A stretch of 63,857 nucleotides of DNA, the filler included, from Craspedostauros australis (taxonomy: Eukaryota), in the NCBI GenBank assembly GCA_030167865.1. It is 6 parts of 6 records of this genome, joined end to end, with 100 filler letters (N's around TTAATTAATTAA, not from the genome) between each part and the next. Parts side by side here need not be neighbours in the genome. Positions count along the whole stretch, not along the records: positions 1 to 17,002 come from JALAGF010004316.1; positions 17,103 to 21,235 come from JALAGF010004319.1; positions 21,336 to 52,422 come from JALAGF010004320.1; 3 more parts are not named here. One strand, written 5' to 3'. The translations under genes and the position numbers were made by a program. Numbering within the stretch: the first letter of the stretch is position 1; each line of letters begins with the position of its first letter. Below the pieces are notes generated by a model, which was given only the letters and a program-made list of their open reading frames with translations, ran no database searches and was not told the DNA's origin. This document shows positions 11,059 through 21,963 of this stretch, piece by piece.

Positions 11059-14000
11059 TCACAACGCATCAACGTTCACCTCCGTCATCATCTTGTGGGC
11101 TGCGGCGACACACATTCGAGTGTCCGCGGTATGTTTCATCATGGTTCGGTTTTGCGGTCGGCCGGCACCTCCTCTTCCATGCCCATCCACACCGTCCTCC
11201 GTCATGCTTCGGTCAAAAAAGTTCGGATATTTCTCCACCAACTGTTCCACCTTTGCCTTTGCTCCCCACTCGTTGTACAGCGAGATGGCATTCCCCAGAT
11301 ACTGCCGCGGCCAGTAGGATTCTGTATCGTCATACCAGATACTTGTGCTCTCGAGAGCCATGCTGCCTTCATTCCCAGGCTCAGCCTTTGTACTGTGGTT
11401 ACTGTCACCACGAGTCGACTCGCGTCTGATGCTCGCCCGCGGCTGCTTGTTCAGAAAGTACTCGGCGGCAAGCTCATTCGCCAGTGCTGTCTCGTGGATG
11501 TGGCCAGAGCGGGCAGAGAACGAGATGGCCTTGTCATAGGCCGCTCTCACAGTCTCTTCTGATTCCTTTCCGGATGCCGCCATGGCGTCTGCTTGCATGA
11601 TCATGTACCGATGAAGTGGGTTCCCGCCCATGTTCTCGATGAAAGCCTTCATGGTTTGTATATATTGCTTCGAGCGGCGATAATACTTCCGTCGCTTTCG
11701 AGTATTGGTGGTGGTCCGTTGAGCCAGCCTGGACATGGTGAGCCCGCAATGGAATGCCTCGAGAGCTAGAATTAGCATTGAATTCTCTGCTTTGCAAAGA
11801 TGCGAAAGTGGTGCGATGCACTTCTTTCCAACCTCCAGGTCACCAAAGTAGGTTGCCAGTTGTATGCAACTCCAATAGATGTACGTCCATGTGATCCATT
11901 CTGAAGGATTGATATCTTTCACCGATATCGAGTCCACAGAACTCCTCCAGTTGCCTTGTGTAAATGGTGCCGTGGGGTCGCTGGTGCCACGTAAGATCCC
12001 CCACATACCGCAGGAAAGCAGGTAGTGTTCTGCTTGAGATTTTAGACCATAGTGTTGTGTTTGCGCATAAAATGAGTCCCCCGCTCGACACAATGAGACG
12101 AGAGGTAAGCCAGCCACGGACGCTTGGAGCAAACTCATTCCCCAGCACCGGTACGCCGCCTCCAAGTCACCCGCCTCCATTGACTGTTGGTGACCTCGAC
12201 GTAGGTCGGCCAAACACGTATGAATAGGCTCGGTCCATGCATCGATGAAGACTCCCATTGTGGCAATGTAATTCCCGAAGATATGCTTGGAATCAGTTGC
12301 ATTCATGATGCGTCTCGACAAGGCACACAACCGTTTGCCCAGATCTATGTTGTTGAGGGTGTTGATGAGAAGGACTCCGCCGCAACAAACGGCGAAGCCA
12401 CCTCCTCCGGATAGACCATGTTTCAGCACGAGCCTGACTTGTCGGAGCACGATGAAGATTAATGTTCCAATCTGGTTGGCGCAATAGGCCGTGAAGATTG
12501 CCTGCTCCAATAGCTCCATTGTGAGCTTCACCTTTGGGTTCATCAGGATGGGGAGCTTCATTACGTCTTCGTCGGTGTGTTTGGAGAAGTAGGTGTTGAT
12601 CTTGTGTTTGTCTCTGAGAGCCAGGAATAGATGATTCCTCACGGGGACTGTCCCTAAAAACCTGAGCGATTCGAACTGGAGATCCAGCGCTTCTTGGAAT
12701 CGGTCCATCCGATTCAATGCCTTTACCAACGACAAGTTCACCAAGATCTTGTCCTCAACGAACTTGTCAGATCTCTTGACGATGGTCTCGCACAGCATCA
12801 ATCCCTTGTCGTAGTTGCCGAGGATCAGCTCGGTCTCAGAGAGGCTGTGATACACATCCCTGCAAAGCCTGTACTGCGTCTCCCAAGGATCAGCGATCTT
12901 GAGCTTCAGGATCGTTAAGGCTCGGTTGAAGTACTTCGTTGCCGGAACAAAGGCAGACACATCAACTGCAAGCTGTCCTGCCTTGAGGTTGAGATTGATG
13001 AGATCGATGAGATCGATGGTTGGAATGATGTGATCGGATATCGTGAGTGACGACACGTTCTCGAGGTGGTCCGCAGCCATGAACCACATCCAGTCTTCGC
13101 CCAGCATGGGATCAGATGTGATCTCCATGAGATACTTGCCCACCCGAAACTTCATCTGGTCAAGCTCGTCACCCGGAGGAGACAGCGAGAAGGCCGCCTG
13201 CTGGATTCGATCGTGGGCGAAGCGGAACGTCGCGCCCGAGTCGACAGCGGCTTCAGCTGGACCTGCGTCCGGATTGGCACTGGTCCTCTCGAGCAGTTCC
13301 TCTTTCACTGCCATGTCCAGTGCCTCACCTACGCTCATCTCGGTCACTGCCAAGGTGCGCATTGCGTTTTCACCATCTGTCTGATGAATCTGATGCTGTT
13401 CCATCTCCCAGTCCATCAGCGTTTCCAACAACGACTGACGGAACGTCGATCGTAGGAATGAAGCCATCTGCAGGCACTTTTGCAGGTCCTCCGGAAGCGA
13501 ATGCAGCTTCGATGTGATCAGGTCGACCACGTTCGCTGATAGGTCGATCTCATCGGCTGCTCGCTGCTCATCCCATTCCCATTGCAGCGTGTGGATGTTG
13601 CGAGTCAGAGCCTTGCGACGGCGCAATCCCTCCAACGCTTGCGTGGTGTAGAGAACGTTGCCTTTGGTCTTGTCGTGGAGCAACTTGGCCAGAGGGGTTG
13701 TTTCGGTAGTATCTAACCGAAGTGACGATGCGAGGAGCTCCGCGGTTTGAGGTATCGTGAGATCATTGAGCGGCATGTCATGGACGGCCTTTCCGCTGAT
13801 CTTCCATTGCGAGACGGCAGTGGTGAGTTGATGCTGAGGATCGTTGTGCACCTCGTTGGATCGGTATGATCCGATGATGAGAAGGTTGCGAATGGAAGGA
13901 TCAATCAAGATCTCAGTGATGAGCTTGAGTGATCGTTCGTCGATCCCTTGAAGATCTGGCCATATTGGGTCGTATTGTATTGTGCCGAGGTATGGTACGA

Positions 14001-15323
14001 GTAGCGTGCGGGTGTGAGAAGGAGATAGGGTTGCACTCGCACAAAGCAGCGCAAACAGGAAGGCGCAGACAAGCACAGTCAACTCCATCCAAGTACGGGC
14101 GTGCGGCCATATGGATTCCCAACGTAGACATAGGTCGTCATAGAGCAGACGAAATACGCCACAGAATGGCCGAATGACCTTGTCGCATTTCACTCACCAT
14201 CCAGATGGAGCACGAGTGGACGACTGTCGGTGCAGATGGCCTTGAAGACGACTTTGACACCATGCACGAGTCGAGGCCAGTCTTTTTCTCTCGATCCCAC
14301 ACCTCCACGTTGGTCCGCGTCGAAAAGTGATATTGTTGTTGCCGGTTTTGCGATCCCTGGGTGCTCATCGATCAGCGGTGCGACATGGTCGACTGGTTCC
14401 GCACCAGCATTCCGCTTGTTGGGATGTATCGTCGGGGATGGCTCCGAAGACAGCCTTGCTCGTTCTCGTTCTTTGATATTGGATATTTCACTTGCAGCGA
14501 TCTCTGGATTGTTCTCACGATCACCCGCAAGAAAATTGGAAAGACCAGGAATGATTTTGCACATGCGGTCGCACTGGTCATCATCCACCTTGCTGCGAAT
14601 GCTATCTCGAATGCGGTTGCTCTCCGCAACATCACCAGCCCCCCTGAGATGATCGAAGAGGCTCGACAAAGCATCGATGATGGCCGACAAGTTGCCTGCG
14701 TTGTTGAACTGATCGTATTTTCCAATGCCAACATGGCATGGGTGCAAATCAGCTTGTCTCTTCTTTTGCTCAATACCACCACCTCTATTTGACGCGGATG
14801 ATGCGATGCTCAATTGTGATGATTTGGCACCCAAACCCTCGAGGAATTGATCCACTAGGGCAGATTTTCCTGTCCCAGAGTATCCGTGAACCAGAACAAT
14901 CTGCGGTTCCTTGTCGCCTTTGCCGTCGCCATTGGCGATGCCGTCGCCGCTGCCGTCTGATGTTTTGGATGGTTTACGGCAAATATGCCCGTAGATCGAG
15001 TTCAGTCGTTCCAACTCCTCTTCGCGCCCAATGAAATGATCGAACCGTAGGCGATCCCACCGTCCGCTGCTTGTGCTGTGGCCATTGGGATTCTCATCAC
15101 GATCGATGGCGTTATGTTCACCATCATCGTCGATGCTGTAGATGTCGATCTTGGATTCGAACGGGGAGCTGGCTGTCTCCTGCGCAGTATTGGTGGCGAC
15201 ATCTGAGGCGGCGGCGGCATTCGCGTCCACATCACTCCCGTGATGCCCTGGCGATAGCGAAGCAAGCTGATCGCATTCGAAGGATGCGGCGCACGAGCCA
15301 TTTGAGGCGCGGCGAGTCGTCAT
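11059..15323 (-). CDS. STAND-like P-loop ATPase with TPR-like C-terminus, paralog C; exons 15323-14198 and 13955-11059, ~1340 aa
   Basis: Walker A HGYSGTGKS. Intron 13956-14197 (GT...CAG) sits at the same Walker B position as in paralog A, giving LVLHLD^DLQGIDERSL. Also IIGSYRSNEV, KTKGN, FRFAHDRIQQAAF and YNEWGAKAKV. Confidence 0.88.
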
Positions 15324-16354
15324 GATGACTTGGTGCTTTCCAGCTGTGGTTCTGTTGCAATGATGATCGCTTCTTCAATTGTGAGCCTCAGGCTATGCAA
15401 CCACGCTGCTCATTCATAGATTCTTGTGGGTTCAGCCATCGCGGAGCTTGCTGTGGCGAGGACCGCATTCGGTTTTGCTGCAGGACTTCCATGGTGCCTC
15501 TTCGACTGATGCATTGCCTTTGCAGGTGGATCAGCGGCAGTAGACGCAGCAGATGTCTGCCTGGTCGTCGCTGCACAGTTTCTGTTTCGATTCTCACCGG
15601 AACCAGCTCAATGTTGGCTTGGCCACGGCTGAGCATTTTTGGAGTAAGCAAGAAAAGCTTCTGTCAGTCCGCTTCGGTCCAAATTCATGGCGACCACAAA
15701 ATCTGATGATCCCACACATGAAGCGTGCGCACATGAATGGAATCACCAAACATCCTTTGGTTTGGCGTGCCAGTGCTGGTGTCGGTAACGACAATGAGGC
15801 GCTTGGTGTAGAACGAAGAAGATGAACTATCCTCAACTATGGAGACATCGTTTGTCACAAGCAACATGTTGGCATGATGACAAGGGTCAGCACAACGTCC
15901 ATGTCTGTTGTCCTTGACAGCATCAGGCACGGCCATTTGTATCCATTCGACTCGTTTGAACAAGAAAGATGACTGTTGGAACCACGAATGCAGGCTATCT
16001 AGGAGTTCTCACAATCATCGTTGATAGCGTCACGTTTGTGAACAATGATGGACATGAGGATTTCTCAGCACTTCGCGCTGTCATCCGAAGACGATCGAAC
16101 ATCTCCAGAACAGTCGATGCAGTAACGCAGGCAGGGCAGCAGCATTCCTGAGGCACATTTGTGGTCCAGACACTACTCTAGAATAGAAAAGATTATGTGA
16201 ACGCGTTCTCCAGTGGCCAGGTGATCCAGAAAATCGAGAGTGTCGATCTGAGTGCGAACGTTTCGTTGAGAACTGTGAGGCAGCTCCTTCTCGCTTCACA
16301 TGAACTGGTTGATCCTCTCCGATCGTAGCGGACATGTATTCGCGCTCGCCATAC

Positions 16355-17002
16355 TCACAGCGCATCCAAGTTCACCTCTGCCATGATCTTGTGGGCGGCA
16401 GCCACGCACATTCGAGTGTCTGCTGTGTGCTTGGTGGTTCTTCGTCTTGGATGTCGCATCTTTCTATCTCCATGGCTCGTGCTGACGCTGCTCGTATCTG
16501 CGCCGTCCACGCTGCTTCTGTCGACGAGGTTCGGGTACTTTTGCAACAGCTGCTCCACCTTTGCCTTCGCCCCCCATTCGTTGTACAGAGAGATAGCATT
16601 TCTCAGATGCTCTCGTGGCCAAAATAGATCCGTTTCGTCTTCCAACGTGCTCCCAAACTCGTAGGTGGAGCTGCCGCCGCCGTTGGTTGAAAACATGCTG
16701 CTGGTGCCGAGCAGGGGGTTGCCCATGGTGCTCGCACTGAGACGCATTGACCCCCCTCTGGTAATTGGCGAAGGTGATTTTGTGAGGAAGTACTCAGCAG
16801 TAAGTTCATTCGCCAACGCCGTTTCGTGGATGTAGCCAGAGCGGGCAGCGGTTGATATGGCCTTGTCGTATGCTGCCTTCACAGAATCTTCCGACTCCTT
16901 TCCCGATGCTGCCATCAGGTCCGCTTGCATGAGCAGGTATCGGTGGAGGTTGTTGCCACCCCTCAGTTCGATGGTCGCTTTCAAACCGTCGCAGAACTGC
17001 TG
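16355..17002 (-). CDS. C-terminal part of a fourth STAND-like paralog (D), truncated by the contig end
   Basis: GYIHETALANELTAEYFL...AISLYNEWGAKAKVEQL...KHTADTRMCVAAAHKIMAEVNLDAL* matches the end of paralog C. The frame is open up to the gap. Confidence 0.88.
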   Translation of the reverse strand, partial: QQFCDGLKATIELRGGNNLHRYLLMQADLMAASGKESEDSVKAAYDKAISTAARSGYIHETALANELTAEYFLTKSPSPITRGGSMRLSASTMGNPLLGTSSMFSTNGGGSSTYEFGSTLEDETDLFWPREHLRNAISLYNEWGAKAKVEQLLQKYPNLVDRSSVDGADTSSVSTSHGDRKMRHPRRRTTKHTADTRMCVAAAHKIMAEVNLDAL

Positions 17003-17102
17003 NNNNNNNNNNNNNNNNNNNNNNNNNNNNNNNNNNNNNNNNNNNNTTAATTAATTAANNNNNNNNNNNNNNNNNNNNNNNNNNNNNNNNNNNNNNNNNN
17101 NN
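17003..17102. other. Artificial contig linker N44-TTAATTAATTAA-N44
   Basis: Identical 100-bp structure occurs five times; the 12-mer puts stop codons in all six frames. Confidence 0.98.
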
Positions 17103-18555
17103 AATTCATTTCGATTCGAGGTGCTCTTGATACTTCGCAATCGCCCCTTTCTCGAAACTCTTGATGGCGAAGTTGACGACCGTCTGGTTGATGGTGGCCG
17201 TCGCTGCATTCAGCACACCCTCCGGAAGCAGCCTCATTGGAGCGGGGAGCTTGCCACCTGATTCGAACGATATCTTCCCCGTCAAGCCCTTCCCGTCATC
17301 AGACGCGCGTAGCTCACCGACCACCTCAATCTCAATTCCCAATGCCTCCGGAGATATCGACATGCCTGGGAGAATCTCGACTTGGGGATCGAATGCGACG
17401 GATTGCAACGCAAACACCGGCAGGTTGGGATCGTTCCGAACCAATCCGGTCCACATCTTGATGTCGACGGTGGGCGCGAGCTTCAGCGTGACGAACTGCA
17501 AATTCATGGTGCGTAGCCGGTAGATGGAATTCCCCAACTCCGTCGTCAGATCTTCATCCCAGATGGACATGGCCAACGACCTCTCATCCTTGAGCCACTC
17601 CACGATGGATTCTCGGTCGGCCTCGTCCCGAAGTTCGGTTACCAACGCCGCGGTGGCACCGAACTTGATGTCGCCCTTGCGTCGTTCCAACGCAAAGTAG
17701 GGTCCGTCGCGTGACAGAAGTTCTCGCCGTCGAGACATGACCGTGTTCTGTGGCTTCGTTGTGGATGCAGACGACATGCGCAATGGTCCAACTGATGACA
17801 CATGTCGCGATGATGTGTCCACTACGTCAGAAGGCAGGGTGGCTTGCGCAACATTCGTCGCAACGGGGGCAAATGCAACTGTGGAGCACCCCATGATGGC
17901 CACAAGGCAGAGGGAGCGGATCATCATGACGGCGATGGAAGTTGTTGGAAAGGATGCCTTCAGGTGCCTGGCTTGGTTGATGGATGGATGGATGGATGGA
18001 GAATTTGTGGATGGGTGAGCGATGGGTGAGTAATGCGTGATCGTTGCTTCATTGCGCACTTTGATAGAAAGGCATGGCATGATCCCAATGTTCGAACCAG
18101 GACACGACCCGCAATGCGTCAGATGCTCTGAGGTCGTACAATAGGTGCGATGCACAAAGACCATTGATGATGGTTTGTTTCGATGATGTGTGTCTGCGTT
18201 GCACGACTATTCCGCTTCTTTTCTTCATTCATTTGTTCGTTTTTCTGTTGTTGGCGTGTGCGTCATCGGCGTTGGACTTTTCCTGTTTCTGATTTTCGAT
18301 CGAATCGGTCAATGAAGAACCATTGAATCTACGACCACATGGACTGTATGTTTTGAAGATACCAACTTGACACGATATCACCCGGATGTGTCATGACGAC
18401 CACAACAGCTTCTTGTTCCGCGTGTCGGAATCCGTCAACAGAACGACGCAGTGTGTGTCATGCTGTGATCCACGGGGAGGATGTTGGCACTCTCTCGATC
18501 ATCATTCCTCCTTTCTTGTGCCGTTCTTGTTCTTGTTCTTGTCCTCGTTTCCTTC
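17103..18555. repeat. 1453-bp apparently exact inverted duplicate of 21336-22788 (contig overlap)
   Basis: End points mirror exactly (17103<->22788, 18555<->21336), the ORF translations are identical, and each copy begins at a linker. Confidence 0.95.
17106..17927 (-). CDS. DUF1997-like (SRPBCC-fold) plastid-targeted protein; copy 1
   Basis: Bipartite presequence MMIRSLCLVAIMGCSTVA^FAP. The core LAMSIWDEDLTTELGNSIYRLRTMNLQFVTLKLAPTVDIKMW resembles cyanobacterial/plant DUF1997. Confidence 0.65.
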   Translation of the reverse strand: MMIRSLCLVAIMGCSTVAFAPVATNVAQATLPSDVVDTSSRHVSSVGPLRMSSASTTKPQNTVMSRRRELLSRDGPYFALERRKGDIKFGATAALVTELRDEADRESIVEWLKDERSLAMSIWDEDLTTELGNSIYRLRTMNLQFVTLKLAPTVDIKMWTGLVRNDPNLPVFALQSVAFDPQVEILPGMSISPEALGIEIEVVGELRASDDGKGLTGKISFESGGKLPAPMRLLPEGVLNAATATINQTVVNFAIKSFEKGAIAKYQEHLESK

Positions 18556-18680
18556 GATTTCTGTGTCTCCTGTTCCGCGTTTTGTTCGGCGGTTGTTCCA
18601 CACTCATTCCATCATCTTCGATCCACTCCATCACTCGGCATCCCATCAATAGCTCCATTCTTTCCGTCTCTCTCTCCCCA

Positions 18681-18770
18681 TACCATACTATACCATACCA
18701 TACCATACCATACCATACCATACCATACCATACCATACCATACCATACCATACCATACCATACCATACCA
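18681..18770. repeat. (TACCA)18 pentanucleotide microsatellite
   Basis: Directly visible, with one TACTA variant, just upstream of the CHI-like ATG. Confidence 0.97.
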
Positions 18771-18795
18771 TCTCCTTTGCCAATATCCACCCATC

Positions 18796-19518
18796 ATGCC
18801 AATGCTCCGCAATCACAAGATCCGAGTGGCCGCCTTCGTCCTGTTCCTTGCCACAGCGACGAGGGGCAACGTCAATCATGATGGGAATGTCGGAGGCGGC
18901 GGAACAGCAGCGGTGCTGGCATCGCCAACAGCACCAGGATCCGTCTCCATCCACAGCTCGTCGCTTTCCGTAGAGGGCGTGCACCTGCCCGATTCGCACG
19001 TCCTGGACGGAGTCATGCTGCAACGCAACGGTCATGGCATTCGGTCCATCAACTTCTTCGGCTTTGAGATCAAGGCCTACGTGGCTGGACTGTACACAGA
19101 GGTGACGGTGAATTCGGAGGAGGACGTGCTGTCGTACCTGGAATCCGGCAGTCCCATGATCTTCGATTGCACATTTCTCAAGAGCGTTGGACAGGGTCGT
19201 GTGACCTCAGCGTGGGAGCAGCAGCTGGAGTACAGCGTGACGCATCGGTACGACCACTACGAGAAGGACAGGGATCGGTTCATCGGCATGTTCGGTCCCA
19301 TCAAGGCATACGGCAAGGAGATGATGCAGCTGATCGGCGACGAGACGGTGGTGTACGACCAAGGCCAGCGGAAGGGGTCCATCCCCGGCAGGGACTTTCA
19401 GCGTGCGTTCCTGAGCATGTGGTTTGGCGAGAAGGCCGTGGCGGACGATCTGAAGCGGGGCCTGCTGGGTGAACTGAATTCCAATAGCAAGATGAAGCTG
19501 GCCGTTGTGGAAGCATGA
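18796..19518 (+). CDS. Chalcone-isomerase-like (CHI-fold) protein with signal peptide
   Basis: LQRNGHGIRSINFFGFEIKAYVAGLY and IPGRDFQRAFLSMWFGEKAVADDLKRGLLG are characteristic CHI-fold termini; hydrophobic N-terminus. Confidence 0.85.
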   Translation: MPMLRNHKIRVAAFVLFLATATRGNVNHDGNVGGGGTAAVLASPTAPGSVSIHSSSLSVEGVHLPDSHVLDGVMLQRNGHGIRSINFFGFEIKAYVAGLYTEVTVNSEEDVLSYLESGSPMIFDCTFLKSVGQGRVTSAWEQQLEYSVTHRYDHYEKDRDRFIGMFGPIKAYGKEMMQLIGDETVVYDQGQRKGSIPGRDFQRAFLSMWFGEKAVADDLKRGLLGELNSNSKMKLAVVEA

Positions 19519-19925
19519 TGGGCGAGCAGAATTGGCTTGATTGCATTGCGCTCTGTTTGGCAGGGTTGCGAGTGTCAGTAGCGACACCAATCATCGTATG
19601 GTAGAGCAGAGCGAGTTGCCGCCGCTACATACACAACAGATTCGAGGAACTGAAGTTCATTTTGAGTGCTGAAGTTGAACAGAATCATAATGGAACTGTA
19701 GCCCTATTTATGCGAGAGAAGGGTAATGTGGCTATCATTGAGCGTACTCCCATGGTATGAATCTCCAGTTTGCTCCCAATCAAATGGAACGGAGCGGAGC
19801 TAAATGAAAACCCAGGCGGCGTCACAAACAGTGTTGGCGTCAGGACGGTGAGAAAGTCGAAGTATAGTGCACTCCTCTTTCTTCTTGTTCCTTGCTTGAT
19901 TTCGCCTGCTCTACTCTACTCTACT

Positions 19926-21044
19926 CTACCTGCGCCTCAACAAACCTTTCGACAGCTTTGCTGCCGCGTACTTGAACGATCTGCTGAATCCGAGAGTGAA
20001 GATGCCCTTCATGGATTGATATCTGGCTGGTTTGCCCACGGTGTCTTCCAGCTTGGACATCAGCCGTTGCTGCGCATCTCCATCGAACTTCACCGCATTC
20101 GTTCTTGTTGGCATGTTTGCGTTTGCGTTTGCGTTCGTTAGCGGCTTTCGACTCTCTGTCGATGCGGTTGATTCATGCACCGACGAATTCAAGGCCTGGA
20201 AGGAAGGCGGCAAGCATTCCCACAGGCAGCGCCGAGCCGCGCTACTCTTGCAATCCCACTCCACGCCAGCATCGCTCAGCTGCAACACTCCCTGAGTTTC
20301 CAGCGTCTGCGTAACTGAAGATTGACGATACATGGAGTGGAAGCGATCCAGCTGACCGGGTGCTTGGATCAGCTTCGTCACCTTCAATGGATCTTCTCCC
20401 CCAACCTTCATCCGAAAGTCGCCCGTGTAGCTTAACGAAGCAATCTGCATGTACAGCTTGGACCATGGGGTGGTGCCACTCTGATCTCCAATATCCTTCG
20501 ATGGACCTGCATCCGCGTCCTCATGATCGTTTCCATCCAACAACAGCAGCGACGCCGCCACTGCCGACCGCAGGTTGGTCTCCTGCGCATCCACAAACTC
20601 GTCCGGCACCGGTGTCATGATCGGCAGCGTGGGCTTGTGCAACCGACCTGCCAGATACAGCGCGTTCCACTGCAACAGATCCGCTCGTAGATCATCCCAT
20701 TGCACAATGCCGTACTTCATGGCCACGGGATCATCCACCACGTGGAACAGAACCTTGGCATCGGGCAGCGACCGCTGCAGCGTGGTTGCAATGGCTGGAC
20801 CTGACCAGCGCAGCCAGGGCGTGTAATGCTGGGGGTTCTGCTGGATGTTCTGCTCGTGGAAACGATGAGCATCGTCCACAACCAGGATCATGTCGATCAT
20901 GCCGCCGGCATGCGCTTGCGCTTGGATGTTCTGAGAGAAGACGCCGGATCCGTATCCAAACGCATGCATCAGATGGTGCTGTGGGAAGTGCCCGATGATG
21001 TCGCTGAGCTCATCGTGGGATGCAAGCTGTCCAGCATCCTTCAT
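19926..21044 (-). CDS. TAM41: Mitochondrial phosphatidate cytidylyltransferase Tam41/Mmp37 (true start uncertain, near contig end)
   Basis: AFGYGSGVFSQ, MIDMILVVDD, KYG, LYLAGRLHKP, SYTGDFRM and GEDPLKV motifs. Confidence 0.92.
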   Translation of the reverse strand: MKDAGQLASHDELSDIIGHFPQHHLMHAFGYGSGVFSQNIQAQAHAGGMIDMILVVDDAHRFHEQNIQQNPQHYTPWLRWSGPAIATTLQRSLPDAKVLFHVVDDPVAMKYGIVQWDDLRADLLQWNALYLAGRLHKPTLPIMTPVPDEFVDAQETNLRSAVAASLLLLDGNDHEDADAGPSKDIGDQSGTTPWSKLYMQIASLSYTGDFRMKVGGEDPLKVTKLIQAPGQLDRFHSMYRQSSVTQTLETQGVLQLSDAGVEWDCKSSAARRCLWECLPPSFQALNSSVHESTASTESRKPLTNANANANMPTRTNAVKFDGDAQQRLMSKLEDTVGKPARYQSMKGIFTLGFSRSFKYAAAKLSKGLLRRR

Positions 21045-21235
21045 CCTTCTGTTCGTGTCGCTGATGGCAACGTCAGTGTGATGCGGACTTCGATTGCAGA
21101 TGTATAATACATAGACCGCTTGCTTCAATGGAGAGTACGAATGTGGTTAATTCGCTGTTGTTGGTCGAGGAGGAGGATTGTCAACGTCGCAGAACACAAC
21201 GATGAGGAGCTGAAGTGATGCCGACGGAACATTTC

Positions 21236-21335
21236 NNNNNNNNNNNNNNNNNNNNNNNNNNNNNNNNNNNNNNNNNNNNTTAATTAATTAANNNNNNNNN
21301 NNNNNNNNNNNNNNNNNNNNNNNNNNNNNNNNNNN
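21236..21335. other. Artificial contig linker
   Basis: N44-TTAATTAATTAA-N44. Confidence 0.98.
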
Positions 21336-21963
21336 GAAGGAAACGAGGACAAGAACAAGAACAAGAACGGCACAAGAAAGGAGGAATGATGATCGAGAGA
21401 GTGCCAACATCCTCCCCGTGGATCACAGCATGACACACACTGCGTCGTTCTGTTGACGGATTCCGACACGCGGAACAAGAAGCTGTTGTGGTCGTCATGA
21501 CACATCCGGGTGATATCGTGTCAAGTTGGTATCTTCAAAACATACAGTCCATGTGGTCGTAGATTCAATGGTTCTTCATTGACCGATTCGATCGAAAATC
21601 AGAAACAGGAAAAGTCCAACGCCGATGACGCACACGCCAACAACAGAAAAACGAACAAATGAATGAAGAAAAGAAGCGGAATAGTCGTGCAACGCAGACA
21701 CACATCATCGAAACAAACCATCATCAATGGTCTTTGTGCATCGCACCTATTGTACGACCTCAGAGCATCTGACGCATTGCGGGTCGTGTCCTGGTTCGAA
21801 CATTGGGATCATGCCATGCCTTTCTATCAAAGTGCGCAATGAAGCAACGATCACGCATTACTCACCCATCGCTCACCCATCCACAAATTCTCCATCCATC
21901 CATCCATCCATCAACCAAGCCAGGCACCTGAAGGCATCCTTTCCAACAACTTCCATCGCCGTC

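Noticed and set aside
13956..14193. Hydrophobic 'signal/TM-like' N-terminus of the 1044-aa ORF
   Set aside because: It is read-through of the intron of paralog C; splicing restores Walker B as in paralog A.
17047..17058. TTAATTAATTAA palindrome recurring five times
   Set aside because: Always centred in N44 flanks; an artificial six-frame-stop linker, not a biological site.
18393..18881. ORFs with PYHTI / MVWYG repeats
   Set aside because: Translations of the (TACCA)n microsatellite upstream of the true CHI-like start.
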